The notes under the pieces were generated by a model. That model was not told where the DNA came from. It saw only the letters and a list, made by a program, of their open reading frames with translations, and did no database searches. Source: Trypanosoma brucei (Eukaryota). Taken from it: a stretch of DNA of 64,000 bases. Shown piece after piece: positions 11,185 to 21,286 of this stretch; the first letter of the stretch is position 1; every line of letters begins with the position of its first letter. The DNA is taken from NCBI GenBank assembly GCA_000002445.1, contig CM000208.1:1376001-1440000 (forward strand), given 5' to 3'. The translations under genes and the position numbers were made by a program.

Positions 11185-12747
11185 ATGAAAGCCCGGCGAC
11201 GTGGAGGGTCCCTACATGCAGAACTCCCCTTTACATATACGCTGTTCAGCACCATTGACGTCTACGGTGATGACTTACTCGATTTTACAGGAGATGACAA
11301 ACCTGAAAGACATGCTGAGGTTACGGAATTCCTGCGCAGGAGGGGATCGGGTGCATGTCGTGATGCTCCTCTTGGGCCGTCATCGTACCTTCACATGAGA
11401 GAACCCTTCAGTTACATTGCCGAAGGCTCCATCAGTGAAAACACATCCGATGCAGGCGGCAGCTTTGCCCGTGTGGAAGATGCCATGCAACACGTGTGGT
11501 TCATTTCGCAGCGTGATGGAATCAGCACTCCGTTTGCTCTCAACTTCTCGACATCTGCGCAGTTTTTAAGGTACGCGGAGAGGGAATCGTTGCAGTTTCC
11601 GACGTTAAGATGTGGATCATCCACAATGGCTTCGGAGCCCATTGCAGCACATGAAGGACCTGCTAAGTGGTTGGATATTCAAACAAAGAACAAAACTCTC
11701 GTTACGGATATTCTTTCCCACTTCCCCGTCTCGGCGGATACAGTCGAACACTGCTGCTATCCAGATGATATGGATCGTGTTATTGCACATTCCACGCTTG
11801 GATATTTCTTCTTTAACCTCATGTGTACACCCATCGCCTTAGGGGAAGTGGCACGTGGCCGCCATCAAGTGAAAAGCGTCATACAGCAGCGACTTGAAGC
11901 TGCAATGAGCGCCGGTCCGCGTTCTTCGACCCCATCGGCTGTCGCCGTTTCTGTTATAGTTTTCTTTGATTGGGTCGTAACGGTGCATGAGGAGCCCTTT
12001 CATGAGTTTGATGACTTACTGCGTTTTATACTGATTAACTGTGGTAATCGGGCGCCCGCATCAAACAACCGAAGGCTCATGCAGGTGATGACGGCCCCTT
12101 TCATATTCGCTAGTTTCTTTCAAATTGTTGTGGGACACTTATTAGACAGCGAATCGCTAACCATGATAGTGGACGAGGTCAGTGATCTTGTGTTTCTTTC
12201 CAAGAGCACAGAAGGTCACAACGAAGAGGTTGTGCAGCGTATTACCAACGCGCGCCGGTGCTTTGCCGAGTACGCCGCCGAGTTGACTAGACGTGAGTAC
12301 ATTGCTTCTGTTCTTCTACATTCGCATATGATGGATTCGTTTCTCACAAAAGACAAAGTTTGCCGTACACAAATAGAGAGCGCTCAAGCTTACCTTTATC
12401 GTATGAGTGATGAAGTTGGGGACTGTCGTGACACAGTCGCACTGACAAATTGGTACCAGAATGTGAAGGACACGTGGCACCATCTTCAGTACGGTAATAA
12501 GGCACTCCGTCAAACAGTTTTGTTTACTGAGTTGATTAACATTATGTACCCCCTCATCACACTTCAAACGCTTTTCTCCCTTAACGTGCGGATCCCTTTC
12601 GCTTACTACGAGGATCAAATGGAAAAGGATTTGAAACCGTTTTTCATTATGATGGGGATTGTGTTATTCTTTTTGTTGTTGTGTGGGCGTGCGATGTATG
12701 CTCTGTGGCACAAGAAACACTGGTCGACGCGCCTGCTGGCAACGTAG
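11185..12747 (+). CDS. CorA/Mrs2-like (MIT superfamily) membrane protein with a degenerate GMN motif (SLN). Large N-terminal soluble domain.
   Basis: The C-terminal YPLITLQTLFSLNVRIPFAYYEDQ...FFIMMGIVLFFLLLCGRAMYALWHKKHW parallels CorA/Mrs2 TM1-GMN-loop-TM2 followed by a KKxW tail. First in-frame ATG at 11185 (the track start at 11152 is TTG). Confidence 0.5.
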   Translation: MKARRRGGSLHAELPFTYTLFSTIDVYGDDLLDFTGDDKPERHAEVTEFLRRRGSGACRDAPLGPSSYLHMREPFSYIAEGSISENTSDAGGSFARVEDAMQHVWFISQRDGISTPFALNFSTSAQFLRYAERESLQFPTLRCGSSTMASEPIAAHEGPAKWLDIQTKNKTLVTDILSHFPVSADTVEHCCYPDDMDRVIAHSTLGYFFFNLMCTPIALGEVARGRHQVKSVIQQRLEAAMSAGPRSSTPSAVAVSVIVFFDWVVTVHEEPFHEFDDLLRFILINCGNRAPASNNRRLMQVMTAPFIFASFFQIVVGHLLDSESLTMIVDEVSDLVFLSKSTEGHNEEVVQRITNARRCFAEYAAELTRREYIASVLLHSHMMDSFLTKDKVCRTQIESAQAYLYRMSDEVGDCRDTVALTNWYQNVKDTWHHLQYGNKALRQTVLFTELINIMYPLITLQTLFSLNVRIPFAYYEDQMEKDLKPFFIMMGIVLFFLLLCGRAMYALWHKKHWSTRLLAT

Positions 12748-13486
12748 CATGATCACTTGGAACTTTATGGTATGGAATGATATGTCTACCTATCAAAAGG
12801 TTGGCCGGAAATTTTATCAAGCAGATAACGCGACTGTTGTGTTTTGCGGCACCTGACTTATGCAGATTTTTTAAAATTTTCTCTGCAGTGTTTACTGATG
12901 CCGTTAGCGGTTTGCCCAAGCGAATTTCATCACAGGCTCTTTGGAGGCTTGAAGGCAGCGAGGGGAGGGGTAATGCTCTGAGGAGGGGGATGGGTGAATA
13001 TAATGTTTTCAGTGTTCTACTGCATTCCGCTTGTGCTGTTAGCAGGTGGAGGGTGGTAGTAGTTGACCAACCGTCGATTCTTTTCGGGTGAAGATCATCG
13101 ATTTATTTATTGTTTATGAAGACGCGGGTGAATGGATACAGTTGTTTACTATGGAACGAAGTGGGTGTTTCCTATCTGGTATAGGTTCCTGAAAGTCAGC
13201 GCTTAATTCACTTAATTTGTGTACGCGAACTTGTGGTGGTGGAGAATCTCTTCCCCGGACTCCGTTGCTGGCCCATCATTCATGTTTTTTTTTGAATTAT
13301 CTTTCCTTGGGACACAACGGAGTTAGTCGCCGCCCTCTCCAGTACTTTGCATATTTTCTGCCGCCGTTTCAGTAGGGGAGCGTATTTTAGTCGAGGGCTG
13401 AATAGAAACAAAGAGGTTGAAGCTCAGCAAGGATAGGGGTAGGTGATTGCGGGAAAATTTAGTGAAAGCAGTACCATAAAAAGCCG

Positions 13487-14302
13487 ATGCTTAGCCGCTG
13501 TTTTGTCGTGTACCGCAAGGCGGTAGCGCAATTCAGTGCGAGAGACTTTCGCCCGCGTCAGAGTATTGCCCTGACGCCAGAGAACGTAACTCTGATGTTG
13601 AAATCGAAACTACACCCGAATGATCGGCTGCTCCGCCAATCAACCGTTGGTCCCGGTGCTTCCCGCTTTTTAATAGTGGATCGAAACCAATGTGTGCGTG
13701 GAATTTATCGTCCTCTGCTCTGTTTACCATATCCAATGGCCGGGTCCAGTGTGTTGGGAGTACCCGTAGAATCATATCTGCAGGTGGTGGAGCAAAAACT
13801 GCTGTCAGAAGAGAATACTACGCTTATTTTTGTTTCGCATGCAAATGGGTTTAGCTTCACAGTGTATGGAATAGACGGGAGTCTTCGCCTTCCATTGGTC
13901 CATCTCAAGTTGCCCGGTGAACGGTCTGTGACGGCGGGTAAAATGAGTGACCGTGACATGCGACCTTTTGTGAATACGACAAATCTCATGGATGACCTTG
14001 CAGAGCTAGTTACTGACCACTATGCAACTTCTATACATCCATGCAGCTCATTTTTTTACCTATCGGGATCAGATTCCGTCTTGTCTTTTTCAGAAACCAA
14101 AGCGGCATGGAGAGAGCGGGGATATGCCGATAAACTGCCGCTTAGTTTTGAAGACAAGCGGTGGGTGAGTCTTCCAGATTTAGCTGCTCAGCACCGAGGT
14201 GTTACTCCACTTTATTGTACAGATTTTGACGGCTACAAAGTCGTAGATGAGAGGGGACTCACCACAAGGGTAAAATTGGGGCGACTTGAACTGGATTCGT
14301 GA
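13487..14302 (+). CDS. Hypothetical protein. The N-terminus looks like a mitochondrial presequence.
   Basis: ATG at 13487. MLSRCFVVYRKAVAQFSARDFRPR presequence-like start. 271 aa ORF. No family recognised. Confidence 0.45.
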   Translation: MLSRCFVVYRKAVAQFSARDFRPRQSIALTPENVTLMLKSKLHPNDRLLRQSTVGPGASRFLIVDRNQCVRGIYRPLLCLPYPMAGSSVLGVPVESYLQVVEQKLLSEENTTLIFVSHANGFSFTVYGIDGSLRLPLVHLKLPGERSVTAGKMSDRDMRPFVNTTNLMDDLAELVTDHYATSIHPCSSFFYLSGSDSVLSFSETKAAWRERGYADKLPLSFEDKRWVSLPDLAAQHRGVTPLYCTDFDGYKVVDERGLTTRVKLGRLELDS

Positions 14303-14633
14303 CAGGCTGTGGGAAATGAATGAGTTACATCGTCGTGTCATTGTTTCCCTTCCTTGTAACACTTTTTTTTTTTTTGGTGGGTAAAATATGGATTTTCGGT
14401 GAAGTGTTTGTGGAAGGGAAGGAAGAAGGGAGGGAATATAACATGAATGGGTCTCCAGCAGTGCACCCGAAAAAGCGGCAGAGGGGTCGGTTGTGATGTA
14501 ACGGAAGTGGATCCTTTCCGTTGTATCAAACGGTTTCATCTCCCCCTACTTTTTTGTGTGCTTTAGACGCTGTTTTCCCCAAATCTAAAACGTCTAATCC
14601 CACATAGCGTACGTCAATTCTCTTCTAATCCTT

Positions 14634-14650
14634 TGTGTGTGTGTGTGTGT
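14634..14650. repeat. (GT)n microsatellite.
   Basis: gtgtgtgtgtgtgtgtg read directly. Confidence 0.8.
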
Positions 14651-15147
14651 CGTTCCGGTCATGCGCCGGTTCCACCCAGACCACCACAGTTGCTCGTAAC
14701 ACTTCCGAAGGATGGTTGTTTGGCTTTGTCGGGTGGGGAGCAGAGGGTTTTCGCTGAAAGGGACCAAATTAATGTGAAAGAGGCAGTGGCTGAATACATG
14801 AGAGGGGGGAATTTGAAGTCATTTTACGCCATTCACACTCTGAAATAGAGAACCATACATTTGACCTTCGTCATAAACCACGATCGATAGCTGCAGGGGA
14901 GGTAATCCCAACCTTCAAATAATTTCATGTGTTTTTTTTGTTTTTGCTACATCCGGCAACGTCAAAAAGTGTTTTTTTTTGCCTTCTAAATAATGAGCAA
15001 ATGAAAATCCATTACCTCTTTTACTTCTTTCTTTCTCATTGCCCCCCTTGAGTTACCAGTGCAAGAGACAGCTTCTCGTAAATTAGTAGGGTCTCTAACA
15101 AGTGCCACGAGCAGAGGTGGTATTGCAAAGACATCGAGTGTTTCGTG

Positions 15148-15567
15148 ATGCGGCGCTCGTTCGTCGTGGCACCAGTAGTCGCAACTGCGTGTTCGTTAAG
15201 CACACCCATACGAACCATCATCGCTTGTAAAGGTATTGTGGAGAATCGGATCACGAAACACTATTCGAACCGCACCGTAGAGGAGGCTAAGGCGGCACGC
15301 GAAGCACAGATAGCAAAGGCGAAACACCCAAACCCACGCAACCGTAAGGAGGAGCTCAGTCATTTAACGCATCACTGTAGTTATGAGTATGTACCAGAGT
15401 TTCAACGCTGGGCAAATGACATGCTTGCGGTTTACAGTGATCCGCACGGGTATGGTCACGACATGGCGTACCATTACCATCGAATCTGGAAGGCAAAGAG
15501 TCCGACACGGAGGGGCATTGAAGACGGTAGTGGTGCATTCGATGTGTGCAAAATACATCCGAAGTAG
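15148..15567 (+). CDS. Small hypothetical protein (139 aa) with a mitochondrial-presequence-like N-terminus.
   Basis: ATG at 15148 (the track start at 15145 is GTG). MRRSFVVAPVVATACSLST. His/Tyr-rich C-terminal half. Confidence 0.35.
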   Translation: MRRSFVVAPVVATACSLSTPIRTIIACKGIVENRITKHYSNRTVEEAKAAREAQIAKAKHPNPRNRKEELSHLTHHCSYEYVPEFQRWANDMLAVYSDPHGYGHDMAYHYHRIWKAKSPTRRGIEDGSGAFDVCKIHPK

Positions 15568-15981
15568 GGGTAGTATTTTTGTTAATTTTTCCTATGCTTG
15601 TTGGTGGCCTGACTGCGCCAAGTAGGGAGTTGTGGGAGCAATTTGTATGAATGGCGATGGTGTTTTTTTTTTTCCTGTAAGAGCGTGGGAAGTTAGACAA
15701 TTTGTCTTCTTTTCACCCGCTTATCTCCACCCCATTTTTCCGTTTAGGTATTGAGCGTAACGTCTGTGAAGGGACTCGGCCCACGACCTCATTATTTTCT
15801 CTTTCGCCTACGACTTTGATATTTCTTCTGTCCTGGTGATCAAACCCGCTGCAACCACGTGTAGGTTGTGGTGACAAACGTATGCAGTGTATACATAAAC
15901 ATGTACATATGTATTTTATTTATTTATTCAAAATTATATTCTTCTTAGTTTTGTTCGAAGGGTTTATTATTTGACACATTA

Positions 15982-17751
15982 ATGAAGCGAGCACCTTGTT
16001 TGTCACGGTCACTTGCTGTGGGTAGTGCCGCCGTAATCTTAAGTGATGTCGCATCGGATTCCATTAAGCCTTACATGCCGTGGTGGTTGATTTCTCTCAC
16101 CTTCATTTATCGCCTATTTCTTTGTGCGACTATTCGCACTGTGGAGGCCCCGGACGAGTGGTGGCAGAGCACAGAAGTGGCATATAATATGGTTTTTGGA
16201 AAGGGGCATTTGCCGTGGGAATGGCGTTACGGGTTGCGCTCTGTTTTTTTTCCGGCTGTTGTGGCACTACCTTTCTATCTGTTGAAGTTGCTTGGACGCG
16301 ACACAACGTGGGCTGTTTGGTTCGCCCCACGTGTGTTGCAAGCACTGGTTCTCACACTAATAGATGTTAGTGTATTTCGCATGGGTGCTACGCTGGATGA
16401 ACTACTGGCGAAACGTGAACTGGAATTAGCTGAGGAAATGCGGCAGTCAAAGACAAAGGGATTTTCTTATTTTCGTGAAGTCTTCGTGTCTCGCAGTCGA
16501 CGAGGTATTTGCAACTCCATATCGTATACGGCACTGTTGCTCTCATTGAGTAACTGGTACATGGCCTACTGTGGAGTGCGGCTGTACGGCAACGTCATTG
16601 AAGCCTTGCTGGTGCTTTTAACGCTGCAGCAGCGTCGCTACGTCCCGTTTCTGCTTCTCACTGGACTCGCCTCAGCAATTCGAGTGACATCCGCCGTTGT
16701 CCTTTCACCCCTTGTTTTTCGTCACTTAGCGAATGCCACGCGAGAACATGGATTCACTCGGGGGCTGTTCCGGATCGTTTTAACAGGCCTAATCGTGCTT
16801 GTAGCTGTGTTAGGGGGAGTAATGGTACTCGATTACTGTTTTTATGGCCGGTGGGTCCTGACGCCACTTGCTTTTTTCCGATTCAATGTGCTACACAACC
16901 TCAGCCGCTTCTTTGGTGAGCATCCGTGGTACTTCTACGTGGGCCCTGTGCTCGTTGGTATTGTGGGTCCCCATGTTCTCTTCACAATTGCAGCGCCTCT
17001 TGTGTTGTGGCGTGATACCGCTTCCCGTGCCGTCTCCCGGCCTGTTCTTGGGATGCTGGGCATCGGTGCATGGACACTAGGATTCTATTCCTTGATTGAT
17101 CACAAAGAAATGCGTTTTGTTTTTGTAGTCATCCCATTGTCCCTTATTACAGCTGCCTTTGTGCTGGTGCGTTGGAGTCGAACATCGGCTGTAGTAGTGA
17201 AAATGAACCGTCTGTTTGTATTGTTCAACATTGTTATGATCTATTTGATGGGCTACGTGTACCGGAGAGGCCCTCTGGATGTAATGGCTGAGGTGCGTGA
17301 CGGCCCGAGAATTAACCGGCTCGACGTAATTGCAACATGTTACACGGTGCCCGGATATAGCTACATGCACAGGAAGGTAAATCATCTGGGTTTCGTTGAC
17401 TGTTCTATTGACTTGGATGAGAAAACGGGACTTCCTAAAGTTACGGAAGATATAATGTTTCGCCGCTATCCGAAAGAATATGTGTTGTGGAGATATGATG
17501 GTAAACATAGTTTTAACATGGGTGATCTGGAGGAAAGTCGAAAGGCTTCGGAGCTGCAGAGTGTTGTGATGCCGAAATCTGCGCCTCATCCCGACGCAAT
17601 GGTAATGACTCGTGCAGTAGCGAAGGAAATAGAGGAACCATTCCTTAAGAGACACGGTTACAGACTTTATCGTACGTTTCTACACAGTCCATTAACACTG
17701 GCTCCCTATGAAGACATTTATATACAAATGTGGGTCAAGGTGACGAAGTGA
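15982..17751 (+). CDS. GPI10: GT22-family dolichol-phosphate-mannose-dependent mannosyltransferase, most likely GPI mannosyltransferase III (PIG-B/GPI10).
   Basis: Conserved luminal-loop motif PDEWWQSTEVAYNMVFGKGHLPWEW of the PIG-B/ALG9/ALG12/SMP3 family. Multi-pass hydrophobic profile. 589 aa. ATG at 15982. Confidence 0.7.
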   Translation: MKRAPCLSRSLAVGSAAVILSDVASDSIKPYMPWWLISLTFIYRLFLCATIRTVEAPDEWWQSTEVAYNMVFGKGHLPWEWRYGLRSVFFPAVVALPFYLLKLLGRDTTWAVWFAPRVLQALVLTLIDVSVFRMGATLDELLAKRELELAEEMRQSKTKGFSYFREVFVSRSRRGICNSISYTALLLSLSNWYMAYCGVRLYGNVIEALLVLLTLQQRRYVPFLLLTGLASAIRVTSAVVLSPLVFRHLANATREHGFTRGLFRIVLTGLIVLVAVLGGVMVLDYCFYGRWVLTPLAFFRFNVLHNLSRFFGEHPWYFYVGPVLVGIVGPHVLFTIAAPLVLWRDTASRAVSRPVLGMLGIGAWTLGFYSLIDHKEMRFVFVVIPLSLITAAFVLVRWSRTSAVVVKMNRLFVLFNIVMIYLMGYVYRRGPLDVMAEVRDGPRINRLDVIATCYTVPGYSYMHRKVNHLGFVDCSIDLDEKTGLPKVTEDIMFRRYPKEYVLWRYDGKHSFNMGDLEESRKASELQSVVMPKSAPHPDAMVMTRAVAKEIEEPFLKRHGYRLYRTFLHSPLTLAPYEDIYIQMWVKVTK

Positions 17752-18267
17752 AAATTAGTAGTCGGTGAAGGGGACGCAATCGGGGTGTGTCTAAATATTT
17801 GTTTATTATGATAATGCTGCCTCCTGTAGTGTTCTACAATTTTGTTTGTGTCAAATGGATAAATGACGGTTATCCCTTTCTCCCTTCTTGCGTTTCCTTA
17901 CCGACAAATCAAACGTTCACATTTTTTTTTTGATTTGTATATTCACTTAGCCTACTAACCCCATTCTTGGTCCTCGGTTCAGTATTCGTTGTTTGTGCAT
18001 GTGCGTGCAAGCTGTTTCCCGCGCTGACCGTTTGGTCTTAAGGTATTGTTACGTGAACAAACGGCAGTGGCTCGTTCAACAATAATAAACGTGAGCGTTA
18101 CAAGGAACGACAGCGGAACGAAAAAAAAGAGTGATAATGTACTTCGTACTGCCTTGTTGCACCAACAAGTGGACCACGTTCTTTTTTTCTTTTTCTTGTC
18201 TCAAAATCTTCATTTCCAGGTGCGCGAAGGTGAAAGAGCACAATCGGTGGGCGAGGGAGTTTGAACC

Positions 18268-18966
18268 ATGGAGTCTCCGCCCTCAAATGATGAAAAGCAT
18301 GAATTGGCTGTTGCACTTCGTTTGAAAGAAGAGGACGACGCACTTTTGTGTGCCTTCGGACCAGATTACTTCAATGGGGCACGTGTGGGTGCCGGTTGCG
18401 GCGGAGTGTTTACGGCATTTCTCGCATGGTGGTCCTTTGTTGATTTAAAGGAGGATCACAAACTGTGTGACTCGGCACTGCCGACTCACATGCGTGATAG
18501 ATCATGGACTATAAGACGAGGTTTTCACTCGAGGCCCTTCTTCACAGTTGGCTGTGTTGCACTAGGTATTACAACACTAATGAAAGCAACCAAGTTTTGT
18601 TTGGCGAATTATCGGTATCAGGAATTTGCTGCGGATGATATTGGTTTCGAGTTGTTGAAGAGCATGTACGTTAGCTCGCCTGAAGGGCACCGGCAGTTTG
18701 AGGCCTTTGTGAAGAAAACGATTGGTAATGAAAAAGTATTGGAATTACCATCGCCTTCCACTAACTTTGCAACGGGTGGAAAAATCCGCAACAATCAGAA
18801 TCTTACGGAAACACTAGTGAGCAGTACATCGTCATTTTGTGATCGTAAACCACCGTCGTTTTGGGATGGAGTGGCTGTTGGAATTATGGGTTCCGTCATG
18901 GACTGCTACTTACCGTGCAAACCCCTCTATAGTTACTATGGCATGAGGTGCGGTATGCGCCTTTGA
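18268..18966 (+). CDS. Hypothetical membrane protein with a glycine-zipper-like segment (GARVGAGCGGVFTAFLAWW).
   Basis: ATG at 18268. 232 aa. Hydrophobic Gly-rich segment. No family assigned. Confidence 0.45.
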   Translation: MESPPSNDEKHELAVALRLKEEDDALLCAFGPDYFNGARVGAGCGGVFTAFLAWWSFVDLKEDHKLCDSALPTHMRDRSWTIRRGFHSRPFFTVGCVALGITTLMKATKFCLANYRYQEFAADDIGFELLKSMYVSSPEGHRQFEAFVKKTIGNEKVLELPSPSTNFATGGKIRNNQNLTETLVSSTSSFCDRKPPSFWDGVAVGIMGSVMDCYLPCKPLYSYYGMRCGMRL

Positions 18967-19295
18967 GGACCACGAGGTGTCGTAGGACGCGGGCGTAGAC
19001 TTGCGTGCGATTGGCGCATTTTGGAGAAGCGGCAACTTACAAACTGAGTACAAACTTTCTGAGCATCTTTACCTTCCCCTGTTGCAGCAATGCTTAGCCT
19101 CTGCCACTGGGAGCATAGTTTATATATATATATTTTTTCGTGTTTTCCTTTTTCTCCGCTTGTGTGTGGTGTGTTGCCCGGGTGAACCCCCTCTCGTTTC
19201 CCTTGCAGATTGCCTTTCCATTTTCGTTTCTTCTCTACATCATTCTGTCTAGCAATTTAGTGAAGTGCATCATCGGCGAACTTCAGTGTTGGAAG

Positions 19296-20336
19296 ATGGT
19301 CCTTTATGTAATGGGCCCCCCGCGAGGGAGGGGTGGTGCCAACACCTCACGCCCAATTATAGCAGTCCTTGCTGATGTGTCGTTCGACACCTTTCGGGTC
19401 CGAGTGTTATGTATTGAATCAATAGTCAACCGTCCGATGGCATTCACAGCACTTAAAAACACATATTGTGATGCATATAATCCTACTAGTTCCGGGCCTT
19501 TTCTCTCCGCGGGGAATTCGGACTCGTTAATGGATTTAACTGTTGATGATAAAAAGCAAGAATTAGGCGCATTGAAAGGGTTTCAAGCGTCTCCACCGAG
19601 TGCATTGGGGTCTGTGCTGATTGATATACCCTTAGACACCTCGCACATGTCGCCCGATGACTTCATGTCAATTGCGTTCTCCCCTCGGTGCAATCCACTG
19701 GGAAGCTTCCACCGTCTTAGTGTTTCCGCACCTCTCGTAAAGGCGGCGTACATTCACGACTACGTGATACACGGCCCCGATTCCCCTGGGCGGAATGACT
19801 TTATACGTGCGATGGAAAGGCGCGGTAGTGCGACGAGGCGGGATACCTCCACGCGCTCTGTTAGCCCCCTAACTCTTCCTCCTACATTTCCTTTACCCAG
19901 TGGTGTTTATGAACCCCTGATGTGGGAGGAGGTAGAGGCACGTGCACGCTTAGTACACTTGGAAGATGTCACCCGCCGACAGTGTCATTCAGCAGAGGTG
20001 TCAGGTTATCTTCGGGCTCAGCGGCTCACACGTTGCAAAACGTCATTTCACTTCTCCGACTTCTCAGCGAAGAAAAGAATACATGAGGCCGAGGTGAAAC
20101 TTTTGCGCGAAGATATGGAGGTGCGAGCAAAGCGGGAAAGAGCTGAACATGAGGAGTTCATGCGAGCGATGACGCGTGGGCGGACGCAGTTGTTGAAACT
20201 GCCAACTATTACAACATCCGGTAAAAAATACAAACCTACGGAGGTAGACAAGCACGTAGCGCGGGTCTTAACCTTCAGGAAACGTGCGGCTAACAAATCA
20301 GACAGCAAGGAGAGACATTTTCTTGAAATACTCTAG
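19296..20336 (+). CDS. Hypothetical protein with a C-terminal coiled-coil.
   Basis: The track ORF from 19140 translates a pyrimidine tract first. The first plausible ATG is at 19296 (MVLYVMGPPRGRGG). K/E/R-rich heptad-like C-terminus (KKRIHEAEVKLLREDMEVRAKRERAEHEEF). Confidence 0.45.
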   Translation: MVLYVMGPPRGRGGANTSRPIIAVLADVSFDTFRVRVLCIESIVNRPMAFTALKNTYCDAYNPTSSGPFLSAGNSDSLMDLTVDDKKQELGALKGFQASPPSALGSVLIDIPLDTSHMSPDDFMSIAFSPRCNPLGSFHRLSVSAPLVKAAYIHDYVIHGPDSPGRNDFIRAMERRGSATRRDTSTRSVSPLTLPPTFPLPSGVYEPLMWEEVEARARLVHLEDVTRRQCHSAEVSGYLRAQRLTRCKTSFHFSDFSAKKRIHEAEVKLLREDMEVRAKRERAEHEEFMRAMTRGRTQLLKLPTITTSGKKYKPTEVDKHVARVLTFRKRAANKSDSKERHFLEIL

Positions 20337-21092
20337 TAATGTACAAATTGTGGTGATATACTTAGAACAGCCGGTGCAACTCTGCGGTTGCGATATGTAT
20401 TTCTATTATCTTACTTCATTTTTTTTAAAATGTTCTTATCGCATTTCTTCTCGTCACACCGATATTGGCGTATACTAATATTTGTTGATATGATCTATCG
20501 GCAAAAGTAAATAAGCTATATAGTGCCGTGTTCATTGAAACTATTTTCATTTTTGGAAGTCTTCCCCACGCGCTGTTGATGCCGGGATAGATACCTTGAT
20601 GTGACCATTAAACATATATTATTCATGTGATGCACCAGGGATGAGGAGGGAGAGAGACTTTTGAAAATTTTGTGGCCCCTTTTTTTATAACACCTACTGT
20701 CGTGTCTGGTTATTACCCGCCTTGTATCTCTGTGTTAATTGTGATGAGTACCCCAACAGTAACACCATGAAGAAACTGTCAGAGAGCAGGGGGAAATAAC
20801 AACAGAAAAGACAACGATTGAGGTGGTTATATGTAAAGCTTGTAGAAGTGATCAGTTTTCTGTGTTTGTGGTTGCTGTACGTGTACTTATAATTCCTCGT
20901 TTCTTCCTTTTTTCCATTACTCATTGCTTAAATTCTTTTGATTTGGTGCGGTGACTGCCGGGCCCCTTCATTCTGTATTCCGGTTGTGAAGAGAACCTTA
21001 AAAGTGTGAAATGTTGTTTTTCTTTTTTGAGGAAGGGGGGAGAGGATACCAGTTTTTGTGCCCCGACTTATGAATATATACAAATAGATAAA

Positions 21093-21120
21093 CATATATA
21101 TATATATATATAGATAGATA
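21093..21120. repeat. (TA)n then (TAGA)n microsatellite.
   Basis: atatatatatatatatatatagatagata read directly. Confidence 0.8.
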
Positions 21121-21286
21121 TGTTTTTTCCCGTTTGTTGCCGCAGCGCATCCCCTATTATTACTGGTCTTGTTTGCTCTTCACAATAACAATAATAATAA
21201 TTGTCATTTTTTTTATTACTTTTCGATTAAGTGGCGGATCGAATTGCGAAAAAAAGCATAGGTTTCACCAACGATCGAACTGAAAC

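Noticed and set aside
17077-17655. A 192-aa minus-strand ORF inside the GPI10-like gene. Similar antisense ORFs are 1954-2331, 21538-22182, 27508-28053, 30383-30868, 31201-31719, 55124-55672 and 60637-61277.
   Set aside because: Each is fully antisense to a gene with clear family signatures. None has motifs. They are typical shadow ORFs in GC-biased coding regions.
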